Below the pieces are notes generated by a model, which was not told where the DNA came from, ran no database searches, and saw only the letters and a list, made by a program, of their open reading frames with translations. The position numbers were made by a program, and so were the translations under genes. This document shows, one piece after another, positions 30,341 through 42,924 of a DNA stretch of 61,922 nucleotides. The stretch is taken from positions 1-61,922 of the forward strand of contig JAYTHU010000177.1 of the NCBI GenBank assembly GCA_043732305.1. Direction: 5' to 3'. Position 1 is the stretch's first letter. Each line of letters opens with the position of its first letter. The stretch comes from Oligoflexia bacterium. Lineage in GTDB: Bacteria > Bdellovibrionota > Bdellovibrionia > JABDDW01.

Positions 30341-32037
30341 GTTTTTTTAACAGATAATTTAGGGAACGCAAATTGAAAGAGGCAAATCAGAAGTCCAAGA
30401 GCAATAGTAAAAAAATAAAGTTCTCTTAATTTAAACCATCTTGGATCTGCAACTACTTCAGTGCTTAGGGAATGAGCTCCGGGCTCAAGTTGAATGGCCA
30501 AACGGTAATCCGTTTCCTGGTAAAAAATCGGAGGAATCTCAACACCATTTTCATAGAGATGATTCCACACAAAAGCAGCCACGTTAGTTTTATACCACCC
30601 ACGCGTCTTTACGTTCCCTTGTCGAGGACCAATGGAACTAAAGTTTGTTCCATCTTCAATCGGAAAACTGATCATCTCGTTGGATACAGGATTGCTCTCA
30701 TCAAGATTCTTAATATCGATAGCGGTATAATTCCAAAGTGGGAATTTCTCTCGCATCGTGAGAAACAGCTCAGACTTTCGAGTAGTGCACCTCTCCATAA
30801 ACACTCTACGAATTCTTCTGTACTTGTCCGCAAGCCCACAAAATGAAATCGTCAGGCATATTATCAGCAAGAAAACTAAATTAGTAGCTTTGAACTCTGC
30901 AAAAAATCTTCCGTTAATAAAGCAAAGACTGAGAAAAGATAGAAACAGAAGCACGTTTTGGAAATTGACCAATCGATAAGCCATCTGCACCTGCTTGAAA
31001 ACCTCAGGCAAATGATTGTAGATTCCTGGATTAAAATACATAATCGTGAAAATGAAAAATCCTACAACAGAAAAAACAAACATATTTTTTCCGAACTCAT
31101 AATCAACAGACATCTTAAATTCTGGTTTAGTAAAGAGGTTGCCTCTACCCAGAAATAAAATTCCGACGATTAAAATCAAAAGAAGCCTTTTGATTTTAGT
31201 GTCTAAATAAGGGGTGTCAATATGGATTCCAAGCTCAAAACTTCTTCTAGCCATTGGGAGAAGTCCAAATCTCATCCATAAATTATACATCGGCTCAGGA
31301 TAAAAATAAACTTCAGGATTTTGAGCAACGGAAAATTTTTTTATAAACATTTGGGTGATGTAAACCCAAGGCGCTGCAACGAAAGTCAAAAAAATACTTG
31401 CACCATGCAATGTAAAACCAGGGGCTTTGCGATCACGCACCGCCATTTTCAGATGCGGGATACTGGGAAGTAATATCAATACGACCACGGCCATCTCATA
31501 AACTGCTAAGATGGGATGAGTGTCAATGACTAGGCTCAGTGAAAGACCTGACAGAAAAACATAGAAGATCATTTTCTCTCGGCGTTTAGAAATCAGAGCT
31601 AAAATCCAAGCTAAAACCACACATTGAATAAAAGTCCCGGCAACAAATTCTGGCACTCCGGCACAGTGATAAATCTTCGTAAGTGGATAAATGGTCAAGG
31701 TCACAAGTGTAGCCGCAGTCCAGGCCCAAAGTCTATTTTCTGTCAAAATCACTGTCAGACGATAAGCGAGATAAATCTGCAAGAGTGCTGCAATAACAAT
31801 TGGAACCCACAAAGCAAGATCCGGCCCCATAAAAGAACTCAGCACATCACAGAGACGGTACAGAAGGTAAGCATAAAAAACTAGATTGTGTTTAAAGTAT
31901 TGACCGGCGTAACCAATGGGCCAAATATGATTGAGCCAATTTGGATTCCAATATCCGTGAATTCGCCGCAAATGAATCAGTGGATTCAAAAGACTCACAG
32001 TAGACAATAAAAACCACTTCAATTTACTAAGAAACAT
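30334..32037 (-). CDS. YfhO/GT-C-like membrane protein, possibly degenerate paralogue
   Basis: Shares FYAY, IYP, PEF, THPI, T.YLDT, TNV.AF.WN with the 35863 gene; first loop is shorter. Confidence 0.55.
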   Translation of the reverse strand: MFLSKLKWFLLSTVSLLNPLIHLRRIHGYWNPNWLNHIWPIGYAGQYFKHNLVFYAYLLYRLCDVLSSFMGPDLALWVPIVIAALLQIYLAYRLTVILTENRLWAWTAATLVTLTIYPLTKIYHCAGVPEFVAGTFIQCVVLAWILALISKRREKMIFYVFLSGLSLSLVIDTHPILAVYEMAVVVLILLPSIPHLKMAVRDRKAPGFTLHGASIFLTFVAAPWVYITQMFIKKFSVAQNPEVYFYPEPMYNLWMRFGLLPMARRSFELGIHIDTPYLDTKIKRLLLILIVGILFLGRGNLFTKPEFKMSVDYEFGKNMFVFSVVGFFIFTIMYFNPGIYNHLPEVFKQVQMAYRLVNFQNVLLFLSFLSLCFINGRFFAEFKATNLVFLLIICLTISFCGLADKYRRIRRVFMERCTTRKSELFLTMREKFPLWNYTAIDIKNLDESNPVSNEMISFPIEDGTNFSSIGPRQGNVKTRGWYKTNVAAFVWNHLYENGVEIPPIFYQETDYRLAIQLEPGAHSLSTEVVADPRWFKLRELYFFTIALGLLICLFQFAFPKLSVKKTC

Positions 32038-33263
32038 TATTTTCTTCCCTCATCTTTTGCCAAGAGAGACATTAAAAAAATCGGTCCTAGACCATAAGCC
32101 GGTAACACCATTAGATTATCAGTCAAAAGACAAATTCCAAAAGCGAGGACACAAGCAAACGACAATGAATTTCGCGTTCGATACAAAAGCCAGGCGCAAA
32201 CCAAGAGGAACAAAAAGAACCCCGCAAATCCTTGATCACCTAAAACTCGCAGATAATCGTTATGGGGTTGTTTAGCAAAAAACAGTTTGTGCCGGTCTAT
32301 GTATCTGGGAGTGCCACCAGTGCCTTGTCCAAGTGGATGTTCTAGAGTGACACGCCAAATAGTTTTCATAACATCCCAACGTCCGTTTGTTTGAACGACT
32401 TGGTTGATGTCTTTGTTAGCAATAGCTTTGGAAACGTTGAAACCTGTCTTTGCCGCCATGATGCCTGTGAACTGAAAAAAGACACAGCAAATCAACATGA
32501 AACAACACATTGGAACACGTGAGAGGTCATTTTTTCTGAGAGCTTGAACGATAAAGAAAATTAAAACTGCCGTTATGGCTAACATCGTAGTCCTATGAAC
32601 AGAAAAATAAATTCCCCAAATTCCAATCCACGCAAAAAATAGGTGCAGCCAAGAAATTTTTGCTTCGCGCTCTTGGAAAATCTTAATGAGACTGCCCATC
32701 GCAAGTGATAGCCCTAAAAATCCAATAACAATCGGAGAGCCGAACCATCCTTTAAATCGCATGGGCGCTGTAAGATCATAAAATCCAAAAATGTTGCAAT
32801 TTTTTAAGGGAATAAGAAATGGCAGCACAATAGAAACGGTGTAAGCGATTCCGAAAACAATCAAACCATATTTATAAAAAGCGTCAAGAGCTGTCTTTTT
32901 TTCGCGATAAAATAAAGCTAAAGCGAAAAGAGTGAAAAGAAAGAAATTTTCAACCGTAATCAGATAATCTGCATCAAATTGTGTGACATGAAAAAAAATT
33001 AAAGAAGAAAAAATCAAGATTGTTATTGCAAAACTCGGTTCATGCCGAATGCCCACAACAACATTTTTAGAAAAGGCCAAAATTAAATTCAATGAGCAAA
33101 CAAGAATAAAAAAAAGACTCACTAAACCAGAAAAGGAAACGTTATGCCCTCGAATCGCCAAAGCTCCAGAGTTGGGCGAAACATTTAGAAACTCTAATCC
33201 AGCGGCGCAAGCCAGCGCCAACAAAAGTATAAAAACTAGATTCACTAAGCGAGTCTTGCTCAA
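32037..33263 (-). CDS. O-antigen ligase/polymerase family (Wzy_C) protein (TTG at 33263 preferred to ORF-track start 33380)
   Basis: RFKGWFGSP, TNGRWDVM, HPLGQGTGG, PHNDYLRVLGDQG. Confidence 0.75.
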   Translation of the reverse strand: MSKTRLVNLVFILLLALACAAGLEFLNVSPNSGALAIRGHNVSFSGLVSLFFILVCSLNLILAFSKNVVVGIRHEPSFAITILIFSSLIFFHVTQFDADYLITVENFFLFTLFALALFYREKKTALDAFYKYGLIVFGIAYTVSIVLPFLIPLKNCNIFGFYDLTAPMRFKGWFGSPIVIGFLGLSLAMGSLIKIFQEREAKISWLHLFFAWIGIWGIYFSVHRTTMLAITAVLIFFIVQALRKNDLSRVPMCCFMLICCVFFQFTGIMAAKTGFNVSKAIANKDINQVVQTNGRWDVMKTIWRVTLEHPLGQGTGGTPRYIDRHKLFFAKQPHNDYLRVLGDQGFAGFFLFLLVCAWLLYRTRNSLSFACVLAFGICLLTDNLMVLPAYGLGPIFLMSLLAKDEGRK

Positions 33264-33387
33264 CTGATAATCCCTTTGATTTAGTTGTCTAATGAGCTCC
33301 CAATAGTAATGTCTGCCAATAAGGCAGGCAAGCCATAAATGGTGGACTTCCCAGGAATAGCCAGGTAAAATCACAACCAAGAAAACT

Positions 33388-35109
33388 ATGTATAAACGAC
33401 TTTACTCAATAGCTTATATTCCTCTCCTATTTCTTGTAGCTTCTTTTGCTACAGTGATTTCTCTGCACAAGACAATTGCTCCCGTAGATATCTACACTTT
33501 GAAGGCTCCCCTTTACTCCCCTGGCAATGCGTTGAAAGTAAAGAACACCTATCTTACCGATATCAACGAGGTCTATCTTCCTTGGAAATATTATCTTTAC
33601 GCCTTTCACCCTCAGACTTGCGTCACACTGGTGACATCTCGATTCATGACGACGACAATGAGCGGAGTTCTTCTGCCGCAAGGCATTTGCTATCCTCTCG
33701 ATGGTGTAAGACTCTATCTTTTCAAGGATATATTCTGGCCTTTGACAAAATTTTTAGATTTTTTTACAGCGTATGATTTGAGCTATCTTCTCTCCTTGAT
33801 TTTTATTTATCTCGCTGCACTCTTTTTCTTTTCTTGCCTGCTTGGTGAAAATCCCTTGGCGATCACCCTATGCTCTGCGACTCTAACCACAAGCTTTCCG
33901 ATAGCTCGAGATCTTCAATACGAAGGACTTTCTCAAACTTTGCCGCTGTTAATGATTTCGCTTGGACTCTCATTATTGGCACTCCGACGGAAAAATATTT
34001 TTCTATTGGGAGCTTCTTTCGTAACTTTGTTTTTATCTACAACACGAAGTTCTTTACAGAGCTTAGGGTTTATATATTTATTTTTCTTTGTATTCTGCGT
34101 ATGTTGGTTTTGGCCTGAGATCAAAAAAGCCGGTCGTAAGTTTATGCAGCTCAGTTTCATAGGGCTTTTCTTAGCTGTTTTTTTTTCCTGCTGGTATCAC
34201 CAACAAGCCATTCAACTTTTTTTGAGTGAGTCACAAAAATTTCTGCCCACCAGCCAAAGTCCTTTTGGCCTTCAGCTATTTAAGCGAATAGTGGCATTCC
34301 TCTTTTCATCAGCGCAGTTTTTCCTTGGAGATTTTTTATTTAGTTTCAACACCATCGATTTTTCTAAGATCCTCGGAAATCTGGGCACCCGAGACTATTT
34401 TTCTTATGATGGGAATAATTTTTTTGCAAACCCCCTTGTCGCATTTTATATGTCTATCACCTTATTTAACTGGAAGAAACTAAAACACTTTCCGGTTGCC
34501 TGGATTGTCATTGTGGATTTTTTAGTCTTTGCTAGCCCCATTTATCGGATTTTGTATTTCCGCTTTCATCAATGGTGGATGCTAATAAACATACTTTTGG
34601 TGTTTGGATTTGTTTTCAAGGAAGATATTAAGCCTTTTGCAAACATGAGAAAGAATGCAGTAGCAGTTGGGACTTTTATGATTTTCTTGGGCTGCATGTT
34701 TTTTATCCTTACATTGGGGAAAACAACCATTCTTGCTAAAATCGGTCAGGGAGGCACAATGGGATTTGAAAAAGGGTTCTGGCCTCTTCACTTGGAACGG
34801 TTTGTGATGAGGGTTTCACTTCGAGACTACTATTCCTTAATATTTTTGGGAACAGCCATTGGTGGCGCATGGCTAGCTAATAAAAAATGGAACCGAAGTT
34901 TGATAGGACTCATTACTGCCAGCGGACTCGTTTTAAATATATTTTTCTACAATTTCCCTCAGAACAGAAAAGTTTTCTTTGATTACAAAGAAGTTTTGAT
35001 GCGAACCCCAGACATCAAGAGCAATGGACACGACAATGTCAATCTGCTGATAAATCGGCCCGCGAGACAAATTTACGAAAGTTTGTTTTATGATCTGCCC
35101 GAAAAATGA
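33388..35109 (+). CDS. Multi-pass membrane protein, possible YfhO/GT-C-like
   Basis: LTDINEVYLPW after TM1; many hydrophobic helices. Confidence 0.45.
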   Translation: MYKRLYSIAYIPLLFLVASFATVISLHKTIAPVDIYTLKAPLYSPGNALKVKNTYLTDINEVYLPWKYYLYAFHPQTCVTLVTSRFMTTTMSGVLLPQGICYPLDGVRLYLFKDIFWPLTKFLDFFTAYDLSYLLSLIFIYLAALFFFSCLLGENPLAITLCSATLTTSFPIARDLQYEGLSQTLPLLMISLGLSLLALRRKNIFLLGASFVTLFLSTTRSSLQSLGFIYLFFFVFCVCWFWPEIKKAGRKFMQLSFIGLFLAVFFSCWYHQQAIQLFLSESQKFLPTSQSPFGLQLFKRIVAFLFSSAQFFLGDFLFSFNTIDFSKILGNLGTRDYFSYDGNNFFANPLVAFYMSITLFNWKKLKHFPVAWIVIVDFLVFASPIYRILYFRFHQWWMLINILLVFGFVFKEDIKPFANMRKNAVAVGTFMIFLGCMFFILTLGKTTILAKIGQGGTMGFEKGFWPLHLERFVMRVSLRDYYSLIFLGTAIGGAWLANKKWNRSLIGLITASGLVLNIFFYNFPQNRKVFFDYKEVLMRTPDIKSNGHDNVNLLINRPARQIYESLFYDLPEK

Positions 35110-35144
35110 CAGACAAAGAAATCATCTAATAAACTAGTCAATGT

Positions 35145-35894
35145 TTAGTCGTTGATTCCGACATCAACAAAACTATTTTTCTTCATCACAAAGCACATCA
35201 CGTAGGAAAAGTTTTTGATTCGGGAAAGACGTGTGTTCCAGTATTTGGCCCCTGGGAATGGAACGCCCTCAATGTACTCGTGATCCTCGTAATCAAATCC
35301 AACACTAGAGAGGAGGCGACAAAAAGAATGAGGATCCCAACCCATGATGTGGTCATTGGTTTTAGCATAGTTATTTCTAATTTTTTCTGACAACTGCTTG
35401 AACCAAAGTTTTTGATTTTTTGAAAACTGATACATAAAAAATTGGGGAGTAAGAATATTCGGCGTGGCGATGAGAAAAATCCCACCTTTGCGCAGCACAC
35501 GATTACATTCTTTGAGATAGTTTCCAGGATTGTGCACATGCTCAATGACTTGATTACTCACGACCACATCAAAACTTTCATCGGGGAATTCGGAAATCTC
35601 TTTCACTGCAAATGATAAGCCCGGTTTTTCTCCAGTTACTTCTTTAGCAATTTTTATTGAGGATTCGTCCCTATCAATACCAACAACGGTGCATTTTTTT
35701 TCTGCTACCATTCGAGAAAACACTCCCCAACCACACCCGTAATCCAAAACTTTTGAATTTTCGGGAATATACTTAAGCATCAAGGTATGACGGTCAATAG
35801 GGCGTCTTGCATCGACCTGATAGTTTTTAATATATTCAATTGCTTCAGCTCTATTGAGTATTTTATGATGAAATTGATATTGATCCGCGTCCAT
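35145..35894 (-). CDS. Class I SAM-dependent methyltransferase
   Basis: VLDYGCGWG, QVIEHV, RVLRKGG, ATPN. Confidence 0.88.
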   Translation of the reverse strand: MDADQYQFHHKILNRAEAIEYIKNYQVDARRPIDRHTLMLKYIPENSKVLDYGCGWGVFSRMVAEKKCTVVGIDRDESSIKIAKEVTGEKPGLSFAVKEISEFPDESFDVVVSNQVIEHVHNPGNYLKECNRVLRKGGIFLIATPNILTPQFFMYQFSKNQKLWFKQLSEKIRNNYAKTNDHIMGWDPHSFCRLLSSVGFDYEDHEYIEGVPFPGAKYWNTRLSRIKNFSYVMCFVMKKNSFVDVGIND

Positions 35895-37611
35895 TCGCTC
35901 TCCTTAGACATTTAAATGCCACAAAACAAAAAGAAATAAAAACGAAAAACAAACTTAAAATTGATACCGCTTTAAGCCTTCTTAGAACCCGTGGCACTTC
36001 AAAAGATGTTTCTAAAACTTGGGTTCCCGAATCAAGTTTTACCGCCAGAAAATTTCCAGCTTTTTTAATGTTGGATTTTTCCAGCTGTTTTCCGTCCACA
36101 TAGAACCGATTCCACTCAAAGGCACCCACATTTGTAATTACCCATCCAGGCGCTGAAATTTGCACCAGCATTTTTAGAACCTCACCAAAGTCTTCTTTCA
36201 ATCCGACACCAAAATTCACATGGGTGAGTCTAGACCCTTCGAGGGTTGGGATATTTTCCTGAAGGTAGCTGGGATAATTAAATTCAGGCAGCATAGAAAC
36301 AAAAGTTGAATTTACTTCTGATCGAGCATCGTACCCGATTCTAGGAATTGGATTTCTGGTGCCCATAGTGTGAGTGAAGCGTTCTAATGCCCCGACAAAA
36401 GATAAAGTTAGGCAACCGGCAAGCAGTATCGGTTTTGCTTTTTTGAAATCCCAAAGTAACGACGGCTTCTGAAATAGAAAGGATAAGAACACCAATAGTA
36501 CTGAAAGATTTTGATAAGTGATCAGACGCCAACCGAATTGGGTGATCTTGAATTGACGAGGTAAAAACCGATAGGGAAATGGAGAGAGAGACATCCATGA
36601 AGTCAATAGAAAGAGAATTAATCCGAGAATGAATAGGGGGTTTCTAAATATCTTCTTTTTCCAGATCTGAGTCGCCCAAGCGAATCCGACATTCAAAAAA
36701 ACAAAAGCCATATTGATCTGAGTATCAAGATAGCTGGTATTAACCATCTGCCCTCTCAACAGACTTCTCTTATCGAAGGGAAAGATTTGGAAACGGGTCC
36801 ACCATGAATCAGCATCCTGAGGATAAAAAATAAGTCCAGGATCTTTTGCAATGTTGATTTTGTTCATGAAAAGAACTGTGGAATAAAGCCACGGGCTCAA
36901 AAACAAAAGGGTAAAACAGCCCAATCCAATCATTGCAAAAAGTGATCGGGAAAAATCATTGGCCTTTGAAGCGCGCAAATATAAGAGGCTGATTGGAAAC
37001 ACCAAGAGAAAAAATATTCCGGAATAAAACGCAGTGATAGGATGGGTACCCATTGAAAAAGCCAAGCATAGGGCGCAGAGCAAAATATATTTTATCTTTT
37101 CAATCCAGAACACTCTCAATAAAAACAAAAACCAAGAACTGAAAGCACAAACTACTAAAGTTGTTGCAAAGAATTCAGGAATGGCCGCTTCTGTGAAAAC
37201 AACTGTGTAGGGATAGATGGCCCAGATAGTTAAAAGAGCAATCCCTAAGGAGAGAATTTTGTCCTCGGAAACTTCATGCACAAGTTTAAAAACCAAGAAA
37301 TATTCTAAATAGCTGACTCCGATGATGATCACTCGTGCTGCCCAATGAGGACCTAAGACTATGCTCAGAGTTCCAAACAATGGATTTAAAATATAGGCGT
37401 AAAAAAGATTTATCGGAACCCCGATGGCTTGAGTCGTGTTTACAACCCAAGGTAGAGAATGATGAACACCAATATAGTTCGAAAAGTATCTTGCGAACCA
37501 GAGATGAATATACCAATCCCCATCAAAGCTTGCTCCCGGGGTCATAGGAACCAGGGACACAAATAAAGCTAATAGTCCAATGATCCACCAATAGCGTTCA
37601 ACAAATCTCAC
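35863..37611 (-). CDS. YfhO/GT-C-like membrane glycosyltransferase
   Basis: GDWYIH in first loop, THPIT, LSPW, TQFGWRL, C-terminal periplasmic domain and final TM. Confidence 0.6.
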   Translation of the reverse strand: MRFVERYWWIIGLLALFVSLVPMTPGASFDGDWYIHLWFARYFSNYIGVHHSLPWVVNTTQAIGVPINLFYAYILNPLFGTLSIVLGPHWAARVIIIGVSYLEYFLVFKLVHEVSEDKILSLGIALLTIWAIYPYTVVFTEAAIPEFFATTLVVCAFSSWFLFLLRVFWIEKIKYILLCALCLAFSMGTHPITAFYSGIFFLLVFPISLLYLRASKANDFSRSLFAMIGLGCFTLLFLSPWLYSTVLFMNKINIAKDPGLIFYPQDADSWWTRFQIFPFDKRSLLRGQMVNTSYLDTQINMAFVFLNVGFAWATQIWKKKIFRNPLFILGLILFLLTSWMSLSPFPYRFLPRQFKITQFGWRLITYQNLSVLLVFLSFLFQKPSLLWDFKKAKPILLAGCLTLSFVGALERFTHTMGTRNPIPRIGYDARSEVNSTFVSMLPEFNYPSYLQENIPTLEGSRLTHVNFGVGLKEDFGEVLKMLVQISAPGWVITNVGAFEWNRFYVDGKQLEKSNIKKAGNFLAVKLDSGTQVLETSFEVPRVLRRLKAVSILSLFFVFISFCFVAFKCLRRANGRGSISISS

Positions 37612-38738
37612 TGGAATATCCTTATAGAAAAAAGATTCACCTGATGACTTAATATTTTTCCTGCGCGGATGGCAGTCTCTTCAAATAAAACAAACGAAAT
37701 CTCTGATAAAAATAAAGCAACTGAAACACTTACAAACAGACATATCCAAAGTCCGTCGGATCTTCCCACTCCGTGATGATCCAAAAATTCAATCATAGGG
37801 AGGCTTACGCATTTCAATACGGCAATGTGCAAAAGATAGAGACTATAGGAAACTCTTCCTAACCAAATAAGAGATCTGTGTTCTAGGATTTTTTGAAATT
37901 TAATCGAACCTAAAGCCACCGCAATAATCACCGCTGAACCTGAACTGTTCAAAATGGTGATGACATCATTGAAGTGCAAGGGAAATAAATCGGCAATGGC
38001 AGGTCCGAAAGTTTGTCGGATGGAGTAAAGCCCCAACCCAGTTATAAACAGCAAAAAACAATAAGCCGGGTTGAGATTTCGAACTATGTTTTGAATTTTA
38101 ACAACATTTTTTGAGAGCAAAATTCCAAGGAAAAAAGGGAATAGAAAAATTTTCGTTGTCATTCGTAGGCATAAATAAAACAGAAATGGGAAATTTCCCG
38201 CCAGCGCCAAAACTGTGTAGAGAGGAATGAACAAAGAAACATTCATCTCAATTGTCAAACTCCAGTCTTGAGTTACTAGATGGCCCCCTGCGGCCGGAGC
38301 GAAGATAAAACACTCTCTCACAATACGTTCAAGGGATGCTGGCTGAGCCCAAATTTCATGGAACCATGAAGAAACCCCAGACACAACAGAAACATGGGGC
38401 ATCACATATCTCTGGCAAAGAGCACTGATCACAACCCAAGCGATAAAAGGAGGAACAATTCTCATCACTCTATGAATGAGATAACCTACTAAAGAATCAT
38501 TCAAAGAATATCTTTGGGGACTAGAAAAAGCCTTATAGGTTAGGACAAAACTACTTAGTACAAAAAATAAAGCCACTGCAGAAATTCCATCAACAAAAAA
38601 CGCGAATGGGGAATGCAGAAACCACTTTGGAATTCCAGGAAGGTCTCCGAAAACTCCCATGAAATGGTAAATAACAACACTCAGAGCAGCGAGCCCTCTC
38701 AAACTGTCGAGATATTTTATTCTGATATAAGATCCCAA
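37608..38738 (-). CDS. Acyltransferase family 3 (OafA-like O-acyltransferase)
   Basis: LDSLRGLAALSVVIYH, LFFVLS, R..RI.PP, WSLTIE, LGRVSYSLYLLH. Confidence 0.9.
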   Translation of the reverse strand: MGSYIRIKYLDSLRGLAALSVVIYHFMGVFGDLPGIPKWFLHSPFAFFVDGISAVALFFVLSSFVLTYKAFSSPQRYSLNDSLVGYLIHRVMRIVPPFIAWVVISALCQRYVMPHVSVVSGVSSWFHEIWAQPASLERIVRECFIFAPAAGGHLVTQDWSLTIEMNVSLFIPLYTVLALAGNFPFLFYLCLRMTTKIFLFPFFLGILLSKNVVKIQNIVRNLNPAYCFLLFITGLGLYSIRQTFGPAIADLFPLHFNDVITILNSSGSAVIIAVALGSIKFQKILEHRSLIWLGRVSYSLYLLHIAVLKCVSLPMIEFLDHHGVGRSDGLWICLFVSVSVALFLSEISFVLFEETAIRAGKILSHQVNLFSIRIFQ

Positions 38739-39766
38739 CTGGCGGGAGTTCCCTTTTTAACAGAATTAAGAACATGTCTGCCTAAAAGACTTTTATAATA
38801 CTTTGGAGCCAAACCAAATCCAGGTCGGACGATTCTTAAATTTTCTTCCGTCAATACATCTCCAGCTTTTAAGTCCTGAGCAATGTAAAGTGAACGCCTA
38901 TAAGCTAACGAAGCTTTCTCAGATTGGGAAGCGCCATAAGTGACAACTCCAATACTTTGTTGAGCTCTTTCAACTTCGATGACCAAACTTGCAAGCTCTG
39001 CGGGCTCAAGCGAGAAAGCAGAATCCACCCCGCCATCAGATCTTTTCAAGGTGAAATGTTTTTCCAGCACCGTCGCTCCCATGGCGACAGCGGCGACAGC
39101 GCAACCCACTCCCATGGTGTGATCAGAGAGCCCAATTTGACATTTAAAAAGTTCTCTCATGTGTGGGATGGTTGAAACATTGCTGTTCAATGGGGAAGCT
39201 GGATAGGAGCTCGTGCATTTTAAAAGAACAACGTTTGGGCACCCATTTTTAACAGCGGTTTCATAAGCTTCTTGGATTTCTTCGATGCTCGCCATGCCAG
39301 TGGAAATAATCATTGGCTTGCCGGTTTTTGCTATTTTTTCTATGAGCGGAAGATCTGTGACTTCAAACGATGCCACTTTATAAAGTGGTACATTTAGAGT
39401 TTCTAGAAAATCGACTGCCGTAGGATCAAATGGGGTGCTGAATCCAATAATTCCAAGTTCCGCACATTTGTTAAAAATGGATTTGTGCCATTCCCACGGC
39501 GTGTAAGCCTCGGAGTAAAGTTTATGCAGTGTGTATCCTGCCCAAAGACTATCCTTGTCTGTGATAGCAAAATCTCCGTCTTGAATATCCAAAGTCATAG
39601 TGTCAGCGGTATAAGTCTGAATCTTTAAGGCGTCGACGCCTGCTTTTGCAGCAGCTTCAATGAGTGCAAAAGCTCTCTCTATTGATTGATTGTGATTTCC
39701 GGACATCTCCGCAATGATAAAGGGCTTTTCACCGGGACCAATTTTTCGTCCATTGATTTTGAACAC
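38717..39766 (-). CDS. pseI: Pseudaminic acid synthase
   Basis: IIAEMSGNHNQS, KIQTYTADT, AYTPWEWH, GLSDHT, EKHFTL, C-terminal SAF domain RPGFG. Confidence 0.93.
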   Translation of the reverse strand: MFKINGRKIGPGEKPFIIAEMSGNHNQSIERAFALIEAAAKAGVDALKIQTYTADTMTLDIQDGDFAITDKDSLWAGYTLHKLYSEAYTPWEWHKSIFNKCAELGIIGFSTPFDPTAVDFLETLNVPLYKVASFEVTDLPLIEKIAKTGKPMIISTGMASIEEIQEAYETAVKNGCPNVVLLKCTSSYPASPLNSNVSTIPHMRELFKCQIGLSDHTMGVGCAVAAVAMGATVLEKHFTLKRSDGGVDSAFSLEPAELASLVIEVERAQQSIGVVTYGASQSEKASLAYRRSLYIAQDLKAGDVLTEENLRIVRPGFGLAPKYYKSLLGRHVLNSVKKGTPASWDLISE

Positions 39767-40584
39767 TTATTTTCCTCTCAAAACCACTTGAAGTTTATAT
39801 CCAAGCAGATTCTTGTGAAGAGTATCTTCATCTTCGAGCCCATCAAACATATTGCACTTTTCTTGAAGTGCTCGTGAAGCCAGAGACTGAAAATTGGGGA
39901 CTTGCAAAAATAAAACGCCGATGGGAGCCAATAAATTTTTCATCAAACGCAAATATTTATTACCGTCTTTGATATGCTCAAAAACATCCCACAGACTGAT
40001 GGCATTAAACTTTTCAGAAAAATGTACCTTTTCTAAATGCTCATTGAATACTTGGTAGCCTTTTTTTAAAGCCGCGCAAATCTCTGCTTTATTGAGTTCA
40101 ACTCCCCAAGTTTTCCAACCGTCCCCTTCAGCGAGATCAAAAAAATAGCCGGTCGAGCAACCTATATCCAATATCGCTCCACTGCTAATAAACTTCTTAA
40201 TTGCATTCAGACCTTTAGAATATATCCGATTGTAAAAACCGCTTTCGTTTTGAACGGCTTCAGATTGCGCAGTATTATTGCCATTGTAGAATTTCGTTAA
40301 AGAATCATCGGTAAAGACTGGATTCAGGTGACACATTTGACAGTGATTGCACTTCATATAGATGCCGCCATCTTTGGAGAAGATTTTTCTGTAGTTTTTT
40401 TTGTGCAAGCGGGGCAATTTCTATTTTCCAAGAACTCGCTTCTGAAATAACCCGAGGCGCTATCTTTGAACGCATCATGATATTTTTTTGTAGCTTCATT
40501 CATAAGCTGGCGGCCTTCGTGCAATTTTTTTGCACCAATGGCTAATGCCATGTCTTCAGACCGAGCAACAATATTATGAATCAT
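39767..40584 (-). pseudogene. Frameshifted, internally deleted paralogue of the 50745-51761 methyltransferase
   Basis: ORFs 40354-40584 and 39767-40417 join across an A8 run (40395-40402); 58 aa after MFDGLE are missing relative to the intact paralogue. Confidence 0.85.
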
Positions 40585-40672
40585 TTGCGTTCCTATCTAT
40601 TCATTTTTATGAGGTAATTTAGCAGTCTGAAGGACTCTTTTTCAAGGAAAAACGAGTTTTATGTTGCAGTGA

Positions 40673-42924
<2,252 letters not shown>

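Noticed and set aside
33264..33380. N-terminal 39 codons of the ORF-track ligase gene
   Set aside because: Would leave only 7 bp before the divergent gene; TTG at 33263 has an RBS-like AAGGGA upstream.
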